Assembly (NCBI GenBank): GCA_963727825.1
Contig: CAVSHO010000011.1
Span: 224,001 to 288,000 of the forward strand
Source of the DNA: Ignavibacteriota bacterium
GTDB lineage: Bacteria; Bacteroidota; Ignavibacteria; UBA10030
Direction of reading: 5' to 3'
DNA length: 64,000 nucleotides
In this document: positions 1 through 10,495 of the stretch, one piece after another
Layout of the letters: every line of letters starts with the position of its first letter
Numbering within the stretch: position 1 is the stretch's first letter
Notes under the pieces: model-generated
Told to the model about the DNA's origin: nothing
Seen by the model: the letters and a program-made list of their open reading frames with translations, nothing else
Databases searched by the model: none
Made by a program: the position numbers and the translations under genes

Positions 1-598
1 GCAATGCCAAATCAGGAATAGCATTGTTTGCTTCCATCATCCGCTTCGCATCATCATAGCCGTAACGTTCTACCCATCTTTTGGTCATCCAAACAGGATG
101 TGACTCTATCACCGTGAGATTTCGGAGTTTATCTTCTTCCGGATCTGGATAACGAATATTTTCAATGTTACGAATAATGTTGCGCAAAACGGCATTCACC
201 AGGTCGGCTGCTTTTTGACCGCGTAATCGTTTGGTGAATTCAACGGCTTCATTTACTGCGGCAGAATGCGGCACCCGGTCAAGAAATTGAATTTGATACA
301 ACGCCACGCGAAGTGCATTTTTGATATTCGTTTCCGCTTTAGTGAAGTTGCCGTGAAAAAAACCTGTAAGCACCCAATCGAGTTTCATTTTCCAGCGAAT
401 TACACCGGTAACAATCTCGTTCATCAATCCCTTGTCTAACTCGTTCATTACATCCGAGCGCAATTCGGCATCTAATAATTTATCAAGATACGAATCTGAT
501 CGTTCAATCCGGTTGAGAATCTTTACCGCTGTGCCACGCGGGCCATCATATACATTAGTTTGCTGAGTTTGTTCTTGTTGATCGGTGTTTTCTTGCAT
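1..598 (-). CDS. rsmB: 16S rRNA m5C967 methyltransferase RsmB/Sun, N-terminal NusB-like part (runs off window edge)
   Basis: Manual translation from ATG at 598: MQENTDQQEQ...PRGTAVKILNRIERSDSYLDKLLDAELRS...ALYQIQFLDRVPHSAAVNEAVE...SHPVWMTKRW; absent from ORF track because truncated. Confidence 0.85.
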   Translation of the reverse strand, partial: MQENTDQQEQTQQTNVYDGPRGTAVKILNRIERSDSYLDKLLDAELRSDVMNELDKGLMNEIVTGVIRWKMKLDWVLTGFFHGNFTKAETNIKNALRVALYQIQFLDRVPHSAAVNEAVEFTKRLRGQKAADLVNAVLRNIIRNIENIRYPDPEEDKLRNLTVIESHPVWMTKRWVERYGYDDAKRMMEANNAIPDLAL

Positions 599-612
599 TC
601 AACTTTCTTTCA

Positions 613-1890
613 TCAATCTTTTGTTCCGTTTTGGCGGCGTTCCTCTATGGTCGAATTAAAAACTTCTCGGAAGAGATCCGCTTCGGCATCTATCAAATCA
701 ATGTTCCGCCTCGCCATTACAAGCCGCGCCAAATTAATGGCTTTTTCAACATCATATACAGTAAAAGGCTCCCGCGTGCTGCACCAGGAAAAAGATGGAA
801 TATATTTCGGCGGGAACCAATTTCCAAAAATATTACAACACACACCGACCATTGTTCCAGTGTTAAATGTCGTACCGATAGCACTTTTCGAGTGATCGCC
901 TATCATAATACCTAAAAACGACAAACCTGTATTAATCTTTTCAGATCCTACTTGCACTTTGACTGTGCTGTAGTTATTCTTCAAATCACTGCTATTTGTA
1001 CCAGCGCCTAAATTTACCCACGAGCCAAGATAGGAATGCCCAAGAAATCCGGCATGTTGTTTGTTAGAGTAGCTGTGAATAACCGATCCTTCTATTTCAC
1101 CGCCGACTTTACATACAGGCCCGATTGTTGTGTTCTCGTAAATCTGTGCGCCTACTTTGACTGAAGAACCATCCAGAATGCATGCAGGACCAATAACTGT
1201 GGATTGTGGAAATACTTTTACATTCTTGCCAATATATATCGGACCGGATTCCGCATCAAGCACCGAACCCGGTTTGATGACTGCACCATTTTCGATGACG
1301 ATGTTTTTCTTCCCTATTAGATGTACGCTGGAGTGCACTTTTCCACGAATGTGCAATCGTCTCTTCCCTGCTTTTTTCACAATTGATTCAAAATCTTTCA
1401 TTATCTGTGCACCGTTCTTTTGAATTAAATCCCAGGGGTAAGAAACAGTCTCTATGTCAATTTCAATTTTATGCAAGCCGTCAAAGTCTGAAAGTGATAG
1501 TGGAGACGAAAGATTCTTCTTTACTCGTTCTAGATTCTTTCCGCTGACATACGCGGCAATCACTTGATCGCCGGCGACATATGCAACATCTTGTTTTGCT
1601 GTCAATGGAATCTTCTTGGCAAGCGTTTGATCGGCGAGTATACGGCCATTGATGAAGAGACATTCTGTGCCGGGAATTTCATTTACCGAAAACTGCGGTT
1701 TACGCGACTTGATACACAAAGCGAGAGATTTCCTGCATTGGACAGTAATATTTGCAGGTGAATATGCTCGCAGGATTTTTTCTTTTAATGAAAAAATTCC
1801 ACAGCGTAAAGAATAGACAGGCCGGAAATGAACTAGCGGCAGGAATTGTGCAAAATGATTGTCTTCGAAAATGCAGATTTGCTGTGCCAT
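613..1890 (-). CDS. GlmU-related putative sugar nucleotidyltransferase/acetyltransferase with hexapeptide repeats
   Basis: N-terminal FLPLVHFRPVYSLRCG; left-handed beta-helix and NKQHAGFLGHSYLGSWVNLGAGT motif; start placed at MAQQICIF. Confidence 0.8.
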   Translation of the reverse strand: MAQQICIFEDNHFAQFLPLVHFRPVYSLRCGIFSLKEKILRAYSPANITVQCRKSLALCIKSRKPQFSVNEIPGTECLFINGRILADQTLAKKIPLTAKQDVAYVAGDQVIAAYVSGKNLERVKKNLSSPLSLSDFDGLHKIEIDIETVSYPWDLIQKNGAQIMKDFESIVKKAGKRRLHIRGKVHSSVHLIGKKNIVIENGAVIKPGSVLDAESGPIYIGKNVKVFPQSTVIGPACILDGSSVKVGAQIYENTTIGPVCKVGGEIEGSVIHSYSNKQHAGFLGHSYLGSWVNLGAGTNSSDLKNNYSTVKVQVGSEKINTGLSFLGIMIGDHSKSAIGTTFNTGTMVGVCCNIFGNWFPPKYIPSFSWCSTREPFTVYDVEKAINLARLVMARRNIDLIDAEADLFREVFNSTIEERRQNGTKD

Positions 1891-1962
1891 CGATCTTCTC
1901 CTATTTTTGAACGGGTGGTAACGTGAATGTTCAGTGTTTTGAACATTCCCACTGCCGACAAC

Positions 1963-2000
1963 AAAAAAAGCGGAATGCATTTATCACAACACATTCCGCC
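1963..2000 (-). terminator. Rho-independent terminator after rpmE
   Basis: Minus strand GGCGGAATG...CATTCCGC followed by T7. Confidence 0.7.
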
Positions 2001-2022
2001 TTTCGGAATTTAAACGCCGTAA

Positions 2023-2256
2023 TTATACTCCAGCAGTTGCCGCCGTTGGCTCTTCTTTCTTCGCAGCATATTTCCTCTTGAACTTCTCTATGCGACCGGC
2101 TGAATCAAGTAGTTTCTGCTTGCCAGTATAGAAAGGGTGGCAATTAGCACAAATTTCGATATGGAGGTTGCCTACGGTGGATCGGGTTTCAAAGACATTT
2201 CCGCACACGCAGGTAACTATCGATTTTTTATATGTTGGGTGAATTCCTTCTTTCAT
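2023..2256 (-). CDS. rpmE: 50S ribosomal protein L31 (Zn-binding type)
   Basis: MKEGIHPTY...CVCG...[26 protein letters not shown]. Confidence 0.97.
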   Translation of the reverse strand: MKEGIHPTYKKSIVTCVCGNVFETRSTVGNLHIEICANCHPFYTGKQKLLDSAGRIEKFKRKYAAKKEEPTAATAGV

Positions 2257-2626
2257 CGCTATCCTCAAAATCTTATATGATAAACTGGTAATAAAATACG
2301 AAAAAACTGATTGAGTTGCAAAGAATATTTTCCCAAACATAAACAGACTAACTATTCAGTATAATCTTTTTAGATTGATAGATTCCATTTATTTATCAAT
2401 AACGACAGTTTCTAGTTATTCAACAGGGATTCGATCCTGCAAATAATAAGCCTCAGGTCAGTCTATAACCACAACGAACCAACTCGGTAAAAAAATCTTA
2501 TGTTGCACTGTCGGTGTGAAGAGAGATTCCTTTTTATATTGACTTTACCTAGATCAATATTTTAATTATATGGCCTTCTTCTTCAATCAAATCTTGAATC
2601 TCAATCTCTTATTCGGTAGATTCTAG

Positions 2627-3565
2627 ATGATGAAAAGAATACTAGCTATAATTATTATTCTAGGATGTATTAAAATTCCCCTCTTTGCTCAGCAAGGCAC
2701 ATACAATTTTCTCCTCACAGATGTCAGCGCACGCGCCGCTGCATTAAATGGCAGTTTTGTCTCGATGAAAGATGATCCAAATGTCCTGTTCTACAACCCT
2801 GCATCAATTGGAACATTGAGCGTACCAAAAGTATCTGTTAGCTATGTGAATGATCTGCTGGATGTCAATGCCGGAACGCTGAGTTATGGACAATATATTC
2901 AAGGCATCGGAAGTGTTGGTGCAGGTGTTATATATATGAATTATGGCTCTTTCAACAGAACCGACGAATTAATGAATGTTTTGGGAACATTTGGTGCTAC
3001 TGAATTAGCATTTGTAGCCGGGATAGCAGCACACTACGATGACGACATTCTTGTAGGTATCAATGCTAAATTTATTTCTTCTTCCATAGCTGAATACAGT
3101 TCTACGGCACTTGCTGCCGATCTCGGATTTCTTTATGATATTCCATCACAGAATCTTTCTATCGGCGGCAGTGTTTTGAATATCGGTAAGCAATTGAAAA
3201 CATATGCCGGAGTAAATGAGTTGCTTCCCCTTGATGTGAAATTCGGAATTACAAAACGACCGGAACATCTTCCTGTTTTCTTAAACATTGATTTTCATCA
3301 ATTGAATGAAAACGACGATAAATTCTTCGATCGCTTCAGCAATTTTACCGTTGGCGCAGAATTTTTAATGAGCAAATCCCTGCGGCTGCGAGTAGGTTAC
3401 AATAACAAACAACGTCAAGATCTCAAGACAGGTACAACAGCAGGACTTGGAGGATTCTCTCTTGGTGTTGGACTTGTATTAAATGAATATCAAATTGATT
3501 ACGCCTATAATTCATACGGCGATTTTGGCGGGATACAACGGTTTTCTCTTGGCATCAATCTGTAG
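2627..3565 (+). CDS. PorV/PorQ-family outer-membrane beta-barrel protein
   Basis: Signal peptide, FLLTDVSARAAALNG and FYNPA motifs, beta-strand C-terminus. Confidence 0.75.
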   Translation: MMKRILAIIIILGCIKIPLFAQQGTYNFLLTDVSARAAALNGSFVSMKDDPNVLFYNPASIGTLSVPKVSVSYVNDLLDVNAGTLSYGQYIQGIGSVGAGVIYMNYGSFNRTDELMNVLGTFGATELAFVAGIAAHYDDDILVGINAKFISSSIAEYSSTALAADLGFLYDIPSQNLSIGGSVLNIGKQLKTYAGVNELLPLDVKFGITKRPEHLPVFLNIDFHQLNENDDKFFDRFSNFTVGAEFLMSKSLRLRVGYNNKQRQDLKTGTTAGLGGFSLGVGLVLNEYQIDYAYNSYGDFGGIQRFSLGINL

Positions 3566-3758
3566 AAGTTTAGAGATAGATTAGAAGTTCTTTCTTATTC
3601 AAAGTTCCACTACCGCAAAATCAAATCCAATCTGGCGATAAGCGCAAGAAGCGTTTCCTGAAAAAGTGTAGGCCAGCGTTTGCGCGAAACGATAAGTGAT
3701 CCGCCAAGAACGACGGCTATTGACGCAACGAGGGCAAGAAGGAGTATTTGAATTTTCA

Positions 3759-4998
3759 TTAGTTGCGCTTGTATGGTTGTTTAAGATATATTTTTGCTTC
3801 CCTATAAGAATTTTCATACTCTTTCATCTCCAGTACTTTTTTATACTGCTCAATTGCATATTCTCGCTTTCCCTCAGCATCGTAAATCATACCGATGATA
3901 AGATTAGCAAGCGACATAAATCCTGATGATTCTTCTTTGTCTAATTTTCTGGAAATCTCATCACAAGTGTATAAATTTTTAAGTGCTGTGTCATACCTTC
4001 CGGCTAAAAACTCGAATTTACCTATATAATAATGAGCTTCCCGCGCATCATACATATCATATCCAACCTGCTGCTGTGTATAGCGATTTATTATATCAAT
4101 GAAAATATCATTCGCCTCTCCAAGATATCCGGTAACAACAAGACAGCGCCCAAGATATCGATAGAATATAGAATTGTTCGGGTACTTTTCATGCAGTTTT
4201 CTGGCAAGTTCAAGCGCTCCCGTATAATTTTTTTCGTACGTGAAATAGTTCTGCATAAGAAAGTAAGTCGCCTCTACTTGCGCATACTTTGCATGAAGCG
4301 ACGCCTGCCGGAGTTGTTCCAATCCTTTTTTCCGATCACCGCTGGGGAAAAATATCATAGCAGGTTTCACGAAAGGATATTTACTTGGAATAACGGCTGC
4401 ATAATAATTGTAGATTCCAATGCCAAGCAGAACGTCGTAATTATCAGGCTCAAGTTCATACGCTTTTCGTACCAGGGGCAGCGCAACAATTCCATCGTTT
4501 GCAGCGCCAAGCCATTTGCCCCGGTTTGCCCGTAAACGGCCGCGAAATCCTACGGCACCGCCTTTAAAAAACATCGCCGCTACATCTTCCGGATTTTCAT
4601 CGAGTCGTTTTTCACATATATCCACGACTTCATCTAGCATTTTGTACAGTTTTCTCGTCCTGTGATTCATCATCAAATTTGCTGATGATGCGTTCCCACT
4701 GGATCATAGCTCGGAAAAAATATCCGACTGGATGGTCAGGGCGCAATTTGATGACTTCGGAAATATCAGATTCAGCTTTATCAAATTCAAAATTGTAAAG
4801 CTCGTCGATTCCGCGCTGGACACGCTGATCAATTACTCGATCTTCAATCCACTGCGAATGAGAGATAGAAACTGCGAAAAGAATAACAAGCACTGAAAGG
4901 ATGGAATAATTTATAATTCTTCTAAATGCAGAGCGACACTTGGAATTATTGTTAATTGTTAAGTTCAATGTTACCGTAATAAAAACCTCCCAGATCAT
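3759..4998 (-). CDS. Secreted TPR protein, split by +1 frameshift near 4650
   Basis: ORFs 4630-4998 (signal peptide) and 3759-4676 (TPR helices) join if one A is removed from GAGAAAACTG; start uncertain. Confidence 0.7.
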
Positions 4999-5093
4999 TT
5001 ATATATACTACACATTAGCAAGCATTTAATAAGTTTGACACAGAGACAAATAATGCATCAAACCAATTAATAAAAGGAGTGTTAGACGATTGA

Positions 5094-6581
5094 TTAGATT
5101 AATTTCTTGGCAAAGTAATCCTTTAGACTTGCACTTGCTATTCGCTCCTGTACCATTGTGTCGCGATCACGCACTGTCACCGTTTGATCTTGAAGTGTTT
5201 GTGAATCAATAGTCACGCAGTATGGAGTGCCCACTTCATCCTGACGGCGGTAACGCCTTCCCACAGCGCCGCTGTCATCATAAAACACACGGAAAGATGA
5301 CCGCAGATCAGTTTCAATCTTCCGGGTTAACTCGGGCATTCCGTCACGATTGACCAGCGGGAAAAGAGCAACTTTGATTGGTGCAAGTTTCGGATTGAGT
5401 TTCATCACAACCCGCAATTCCATCGCACCGTCTGCATTAGGAGCTTCTTCTTCGTGGTATGCGTCTACAAGAAACGCCATAAATGAACGACTCGCTCCGG
5501 CAGAAGTTTCAATAACGAATGGTGTAAACTTCTCTTTGGTTTCTTCATCAAAATATTTCATGCTCTTACCGGAAAACTGTTCATGCCGCGATAAATCGAA
5601 ATCTGTTCGATTGTGCACACCTTCAATTTCTCCCCAGCCAAATGGAAAAAGATATTCGATATCGTATGCATCTTTGGCATAATGCGCAAGCTTGTCTTTC
5701 GGATGCTGATGCCACTGCAGTTTCTCTTTGGCCATTCCGAGATCGATAAACCATTGCATCCTTTCACCGCGCCAGTATTCAAACTGCTGGACGTCAGTGC
5801 CGGGTTTCACGAAGAACTGCATTTCCATTTGCTCGAATTCTCTTGTGCGGAAAAGAAAGTTTTTAGTATTGATTTCGTTTCGGAACGCTTTGCCGATTTG
5901 CGCAATACCAAACGGCAGTTTCTGCCGTGATGCAGATTGTACGTTTAAAAAGTTGACGAAGATACCTTGAGCCGTTTCCGGACGTAAAAATACTATTGAC
6001 GATGAATCCTCCACGGGACCAACGAATGTCTTGAACATTAAATTGAATTTCCGAGCTTCGGTGAATGTGTTTTTATTACCGCAGCTTGGGCAAGAAAGCA
6101 TCGGTACGATACGCGCTGCATCTTGATCAGTTGCAACGAGTTTAGCAAATTCTTCTAAAATGGTTTCGTCTTTCTGCTGACCGCCAAATTTTTTTGCGTC
6201 GATTTCACGAAGAACTTCTTTTTTCTTTTTTAACGAAAGTTCTTCGCAAAGAACATCAATCCGGTATCGTGCTTTACATTGCTTGCAATCCACCATTGGA
6301 TCGGTAAAATTCTCGACGTGACCCGATGCTTCCCAGACTCGAGGGTGCATCAGGATCGATGCGTCGATTCCTTCCACATTCTCTCGGTAGGTCATGCTCT
6401 TCCACCATTGTTGTTTCAAATTGTTCAGCATTTCCACTCCGAGTGGACCATAATCCCAGCATCCGTTCAATCCGCCATAAATTTCACTTGATTGAAAAAC
6501 AAAACCGCGCCGCTTTGCTAACGACACGATTTTATCCATTGTCTTCGCTTGTTCACCTGTGTTTAATTTATTCTGACTCAT
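5094..6581 (-). CDS. glyQS: Glycine-tRNA ligase, alpha2 type
   Basis: IYGGLNGCWDYGPLG, LRPETAQGIF, FRTREFEQMEMQFF, RRYRRQDEVGTPYC. Confidence 0.97.
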   Translation of the reverse strand: MSQNKLNTGEQAKTMDKIVSLAKRRGFVFQSSEIYGGLNGCWDYGPLGVEMLNNLKQQWWKSMTYRENVEGIDASILMHPRVWEASGHVENFTDPMVDCKQCKARYRIDVLCEELSLKKKKEVLREIDAKKFGGQQKDETILEEFAKLVATDQDAARIVPMLSCPSCGNKNTFTEARKFNLMFKTFVGPVEDSSSIVFLRPETAQGIFVNFLNVQSASRQKLPFGIAQIGKAFRNEINTKNFLFRTREFEQMEMQFFVKPGTDVQQFEYWRGERMQWFIDLGMAKEKLQWHQHPKDKLAHYAKDAYDIEYLFPFGWGEIEGVHNRTDFDLSRHEQFSGKSMKYFDEETKEKFTPFVIETSAGASRSFMAFLVDAYHEEEAPNADGAMELRVVMKLNPKLAPIKVALFPLVNRDGMPELTRKIETDLRSSFRVFYDDSGAVGRRYRRQDEVGTPYCVTIDSQTLQDQTVTVRDRDTMVQERIASASLKDYFAKKLI

Positions 6582-6632
6582 ATTGTTTGATACTCGTTAT
6601 TGTTAGTGAGTAATTTGTTTTTGTTCAGCCAT

Positions 6633-6667
6633 CATTGATTATTGCTTATTGTTCACTGCTCATTGTA
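6633..6667. repeat. Five degenerate tandem heptamers
   Basis: cattgat tattgct tattgtt cactgct cattgta. Confidence 0.6.
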
Positions 6668-6668
6668 T

Positions 6669-7734
6669 TTACGCAACTTCAATTCTACTTTGATCACCGA
6701 TCATAAAGCGATGGACACGCGGCTTACCTGCTGCCTCCACAACTTCTACATCGTTGCCAAGAATACTACCCTCGATGCGAATACCTACCTTAGTAACTTT
6801 ACAATCCCGAAGAACAATACTGTATTCCATTTCACTGTCTTTTATTTCCGTTCTGATCACCGATAGAAGTAAACGGACCAATGTAACTATCTTCGATAAG
6901 GCAGTTCTTTCCGATGATGACAGGCCCGCGAATTTTGCTTTTTATGATTTTCGCATCCTTTTCAATCACAACACGTCCTGCAACATCCGACTGTTTATCA
7001 ATATTGCCATCGATGCGCGGTTCGATATTATCAAGAATCAACCGATTCGCTTCGAGCAAGTCTGTCGGTTTTCCGGTATCTTTCCACCAGCCGGTAATTT
7101 CTGTATACCCAACTTTAAAGCCGCGTTTGATTAACAAAGTATGTGCATCAGATATTTCTAATTCTCCGCGAGCACTGGGTTTCAGACTCTTAACCGCATC
7201 AAAGATGTTATGATCGTATAGGTATATTCCTGCTACTGCATAGCTGCTCTTTGGTTTCTTTGGTTTCTCTTCCACACGAATAATTTTCCCATTGCGAATT
7301 TCCGGCACGCCAAAACGTTCCGGATCTTTCACTTTCGCTAAAGTCAGGTAACAATTGCATTTGCTCTTTTCGAATTCATCTACGAACCGTTTCACGCCTC
7401 CGACAAGCATATTATCACCGAGATAAAAAATAAATTTGTCGCCTGCAATAAACTTTTCCGCTAACTGCACTACTTGTGCAAGTCCACCGGGAACCGTTTG
7501 CGGGATGTACGTAATATTCACTCCCCATTTCGAGCCATCTCCAATATAATTTGGTACTTCCTGGCTATCCGCATTATGAACAATGCCAATTTCTTTGATG
7601 CCTGCCGCCGCTGCCGATTCGATCGCATAATATAGAATTGGCTTGTTTGCGATAGGAATAAGATGCTTGTTCTGTGTATGTGTTATGGGACGCAACCTAG
7701 TACCACGTCCACCGCTGGCAATTAGTGCTTTCAA
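6669..7734 (-). CDS. Glucose-1-phosphate thymidylyltransferase, long form; +1 frameshift near 6850
   Basis: GGRGTRLRPITHT, PERFGV, WWKDTG; C-terminus (EMEYSIVL...IGDQSRIEVA) continues in ORF 6669-6881. Confidence 0.88.
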
Positions 7735-7757
7735 TGATTTTCCTTTACAATATTAAT

Positions 7758-8648
7758 CTAAGATTCAAGAATTTGACGAATCTGCTTTGCAACATTTGGC
7801 TCTAGGAACTTTCTTGTAATTGCCATCTTTAGTGCTTGCATTCCGATTTGCTGATATAATAAAGCGAGCGGTTTATCGGCTTTCCTAAGTTCACGCAAAT
7901 GATTTTCTATTGTAACAGAACTCCCGCGTGCAATGGGTCCAGTGAGCGCCATCTTTGGCGTCAGTTGGAAAGCGTTTTCTATGCTCGTTTTTACCAATGG
8001 CTCAAAATGTGCAAGTTTTATTCCGCTGCCAATACGTTTTACTAATTCATCTACCGTTCCAAGTAACACTGTTGAATAGTTGGAGGCAAAAACACATGCA
8101 ATATGATACAAAATTTTTTCTTCTTTTGGAATCTGAACTAATTTACCATGCAAATCTTTAACAAGCTGACGGGCTAACAAGAGTGCTGTTTTATTTCCTT
8201 CAAATCCATAAACAACATCCTTCATTCGAGCCAATTGATGTGCAAGAGTTGACACCTTTGAAAAAGATTGGATGGGATGAAGAGAAAACGTCATTGCTCC
8301 TTTCATATGCAAAGGCTCTAAGGCATCACTTGTGAGTGAACCGGATGTATGGAAGACGGCAAGTTTTGAAAAATCAAGATTCGATCGCTTCGTAATCTCT
8401 TTCGCAATGTCAAAAATATACTCCTCTGGCACTGCAATAACAATAATCCGCGTTGCTGAATGAATATCAGAAAGAGAATCAGAAAAGCTTCTACATCTAA
8501 CAATTCTTGCAAGTTTCTTTGCGGAATTTTTCTTTCGGCTAATAATGGAAACAACGTGATAACCCGCGCGACGAAACAACAATGCAAATGTTGTTCCGAC
8601 CTTACCTGCACCAACGATACTAATTGTGAATTGATCCTTGTTTCGCAT
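7758..8648 (-). CDS. Rossmann-like plus DUF2520 domain oxidoreductase
   Basis: IVGAGKVG, HTSGS, SLHPIQSF, YHIACVFASN, ALTGPIARG. Confidence 0.88.
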   Translation of the reverse strand: MRNKDQFTISIVGAGKVGTTFALLFRRAGYHVVSIISRKKNSAKKLARIVRCRSFSDSLSDIHSATRIIVIAVPEEYIFDIAKEITKRSNLDFSKLAVFHTSGSLTSDALEPLHMKGAMTFSLHPIQSFSKVSTLAHQLARMKDVVYGFEGNKTALLLARQLVKDLHGKLVQIPKEEKILYHIACVFASNYSTVLLGTVDELVKRIGSGIKLAHFEPLVKTSIENAFQLTPKMALTGPIARGSSVTIENHLRELRKADKPLALLYQQIGMQALKMAITRKFLEPNVAKQIRQILES

Positions 8649-8656
8649 CTAATTCT

Positions 8657-9484
8657 CTATACGAACGCAGCGGCAAGATATCCAACGACGCCGCTTTTAT
8701 CGCCGGTAATATCGCCCGAGTTACAATAATAGAGAATTTCTGATTTGTTTGCTCCGAGCTGCCGCGCTGCATTCATTATCGCTGCGATCGGGCCGCCGCC
8801 GCATGCTTCAAATGAACGCTCTTCTATTTCATTGATAAACGTTTCAGAATTAAATTTTTCCAGTTCGTTTATCACACGATTATCGAGCAGCACCGCTTCA
8901 TCGTAAGGATGATAGTGCGAAAGATCACTGCTCGCAACTAATAAAATGTTACGGTTTGTCCCTACTCGTACAATTGCCTCGGCAAGTTCATTGCATAACT
9001 GTCGGCGCTGATCCCCCATGATAACCGGCACAAATGAAAAGTCACCAAGCACACGCTGGAGAAATGGCAACTGAACTTCAATCGAATGTTCGGAACGATG
9101 TCCCTCATTCGATGCAACAATCGCATTTTTCTCTTCTAACAATAATTCTCTTATTTCCTTGTTAATTGGAATTGCCCCCAGCGGTGTCTCGTATGCATCT
9201 CCGGGGTAAATAGATATACCATTAAAATATTCACGATGGCTCGGTCCTACAACGATAACACAATCATAATTACTTTTTTCAACCATCTTATAAGCATGTG
9301 CTGCTGCAAATCCAGAATAAACATATCCTGCATGCGGCGATACTAATGCCCGTACCGTACCTTTCAGTTTTGGAACTCGCGCATGTTCTAAGTACTCGTC
9401 AATATTCTTTTGAAGATTATCCGGTGAATCTTCGTAAAATAGTCCAGCAGCGGTCGGAGGACGAACATTATAATGCACGCTCAT
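8657..9484 (-). CDS. amrB: AmmeMemoRadiSam system protein B (MEMO1 family)
   Basis: PHAGYVYSG, EHSIEVQLPFLQ, ASSDLSHY, ACGGGP. Confidence 0.93.
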   Translation of the reverse strand: MSVHYNVRPPTAAGLFYEDSPDNLQKNIDEYLEHARVPKLKGTVRALVSPHAGYVYSGFAAAHAYKMVEKSNYDCVIVVGPSHREYFNGISIYPGDAYETPLGAIPINKEIRELLLEEKNAIVASNEGHRSEHSIEVQLPFLQRVLGDFSFVPVIMGDQRRQLCNELAEAIVRVGTNRNILLVASSDLSHYHPYDEAVLLDNRVINELEKFNSETFINEIEERSFEACGGGPIAAIMNAARQLGANKSEILYYCNSGDITGDKSGVVGYLAAAFV

Positions 9485-9489
9485 CGAAA

Positions 9490-10074
9490 TTATTTCTCCT
9501 CTAATGATTTGAGCTCAGATTCATCGAATTTCTCGACTGTGAATGTGAAGAGTTTTACTTCTTTTTGTTTCCAGGCGTCAGGCGACAATCCAGCTTTCAA
9601 AGAGATTTGCTTAAGAAATTGTTTGCGATCCCAACCATACTCTGTTGCCACTTGCGGCAGTAATAATCCGCGCCGATATCCTGCATCGATTACTAACCCA
9701 TGCTTGCCAATTTCAATTGTTTCCGTATCAATCAATTCTTCTAGCGGTGAGAGAACTGATATTTCAATCGTGATTCTATTCAATTCAGGTGATGTAACTG
9801 GCATAAACCGCGGATCTTCCATCGCGGCTTTCACTGCTACTTCCTGCGTTGCATGAGCAAGCGGAAATAACGGCTCAATATAACCGATACAGCCGCGCAG
9901 GTCTTCGCCAATTCTCAGTGTTACGAAGACACCAGAACGACGATTTAGCTCTTCGCTTCGAAAAATGAGCGGTGGAAGGGTTTTATTTTCAAGTGTGCAA
10001 GCAATTGCGGAACGGGCAATCTTTAACAGTGTATGTTTTTCTTCGTTTGTTAAGTTCATCGAAATTGCCTCCAT
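9490..10074 (-). CDS. amrA: AmmeMemoRadiSam system protein A (AMMECR1 family)
   Basis: GVFVTL, LRGCIG, DPRF, GLLLPQVA. Confidence 0.93.
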   Translation of the reverse strand: MEAISMNLTNEEKHTLLKIARSAIACTLENKTLPPLIFRSEELNRRSGVFVTLRIGEDLRGCIGYIEPLFPLAHATQEVAVKAAMEDPRFMPVTSPELNRITIEISVLSPLEELIDTETIEIGKHGLVIDAGYRRGLLLPQVATEYGWDRKQFLKQISLKAGLSPDAWKQKEVKLFTFTVEKFDESELKSLEEK

Positions 10075-10282
10075 ATATACTCACAATTATAAGGTAGGAA
10101 GCCGCAGCGAAACATTCAATAGGATAATATTGCAGTGTCCGACTCGCAGTCAGACATCTATAGATTTATTCCTTTTCTGCCCTGTTTGGAGATAGTTTAT
10201 TCGTCTCTTAAGGTGAAGCGGGATTTTTCGACGGGATTTGCTGGCCGTTCAAATGCTATAACCGAGCTACGAACATTCCTCA

Positions 10283-10458
10283 GTTGGAAATGAATTATAC
10301 TCCCAACCTGTGATTTCCTGCTAAAATATTGACACATTTTCTTAAGCCGGGAGGGAGTTACACTCCCGACTAATAATCTTCTGCTAAAGGTTGACCGGTT
10401 CTGTTCAGGAGAATACTTGTCGGTCATGCTTCATCTTTTGGTTGATCTCCCTCACAAC
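10283..10458. repeat. Degenerate REP/REPIN of the GTTGGGAGGGAG...CTCCCGAC family
   Basis: gggagggagttacactcccgac (10349-10370) and atctccctcacaac (10445-10458) match the arms at 62002-62160. Confidence 0.65.
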
Positions 10459-10495
10459 TTTAGTTCGAACTGTGCTGTTATTTTGCTGCGATATT

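Noticed and set aside
8657-10074. amrAB without the radical SAM partner as a novel system
   Set aside because: The AmmeMemoRadiSam genes are frequently unlinked; the third gene may lie elsewhere
10197-10427. 76-aa ORF
   Set aside because: Overlaps a decayed REPIN and has no protein-like features; ORF 58029-58268 rejected for the same reason
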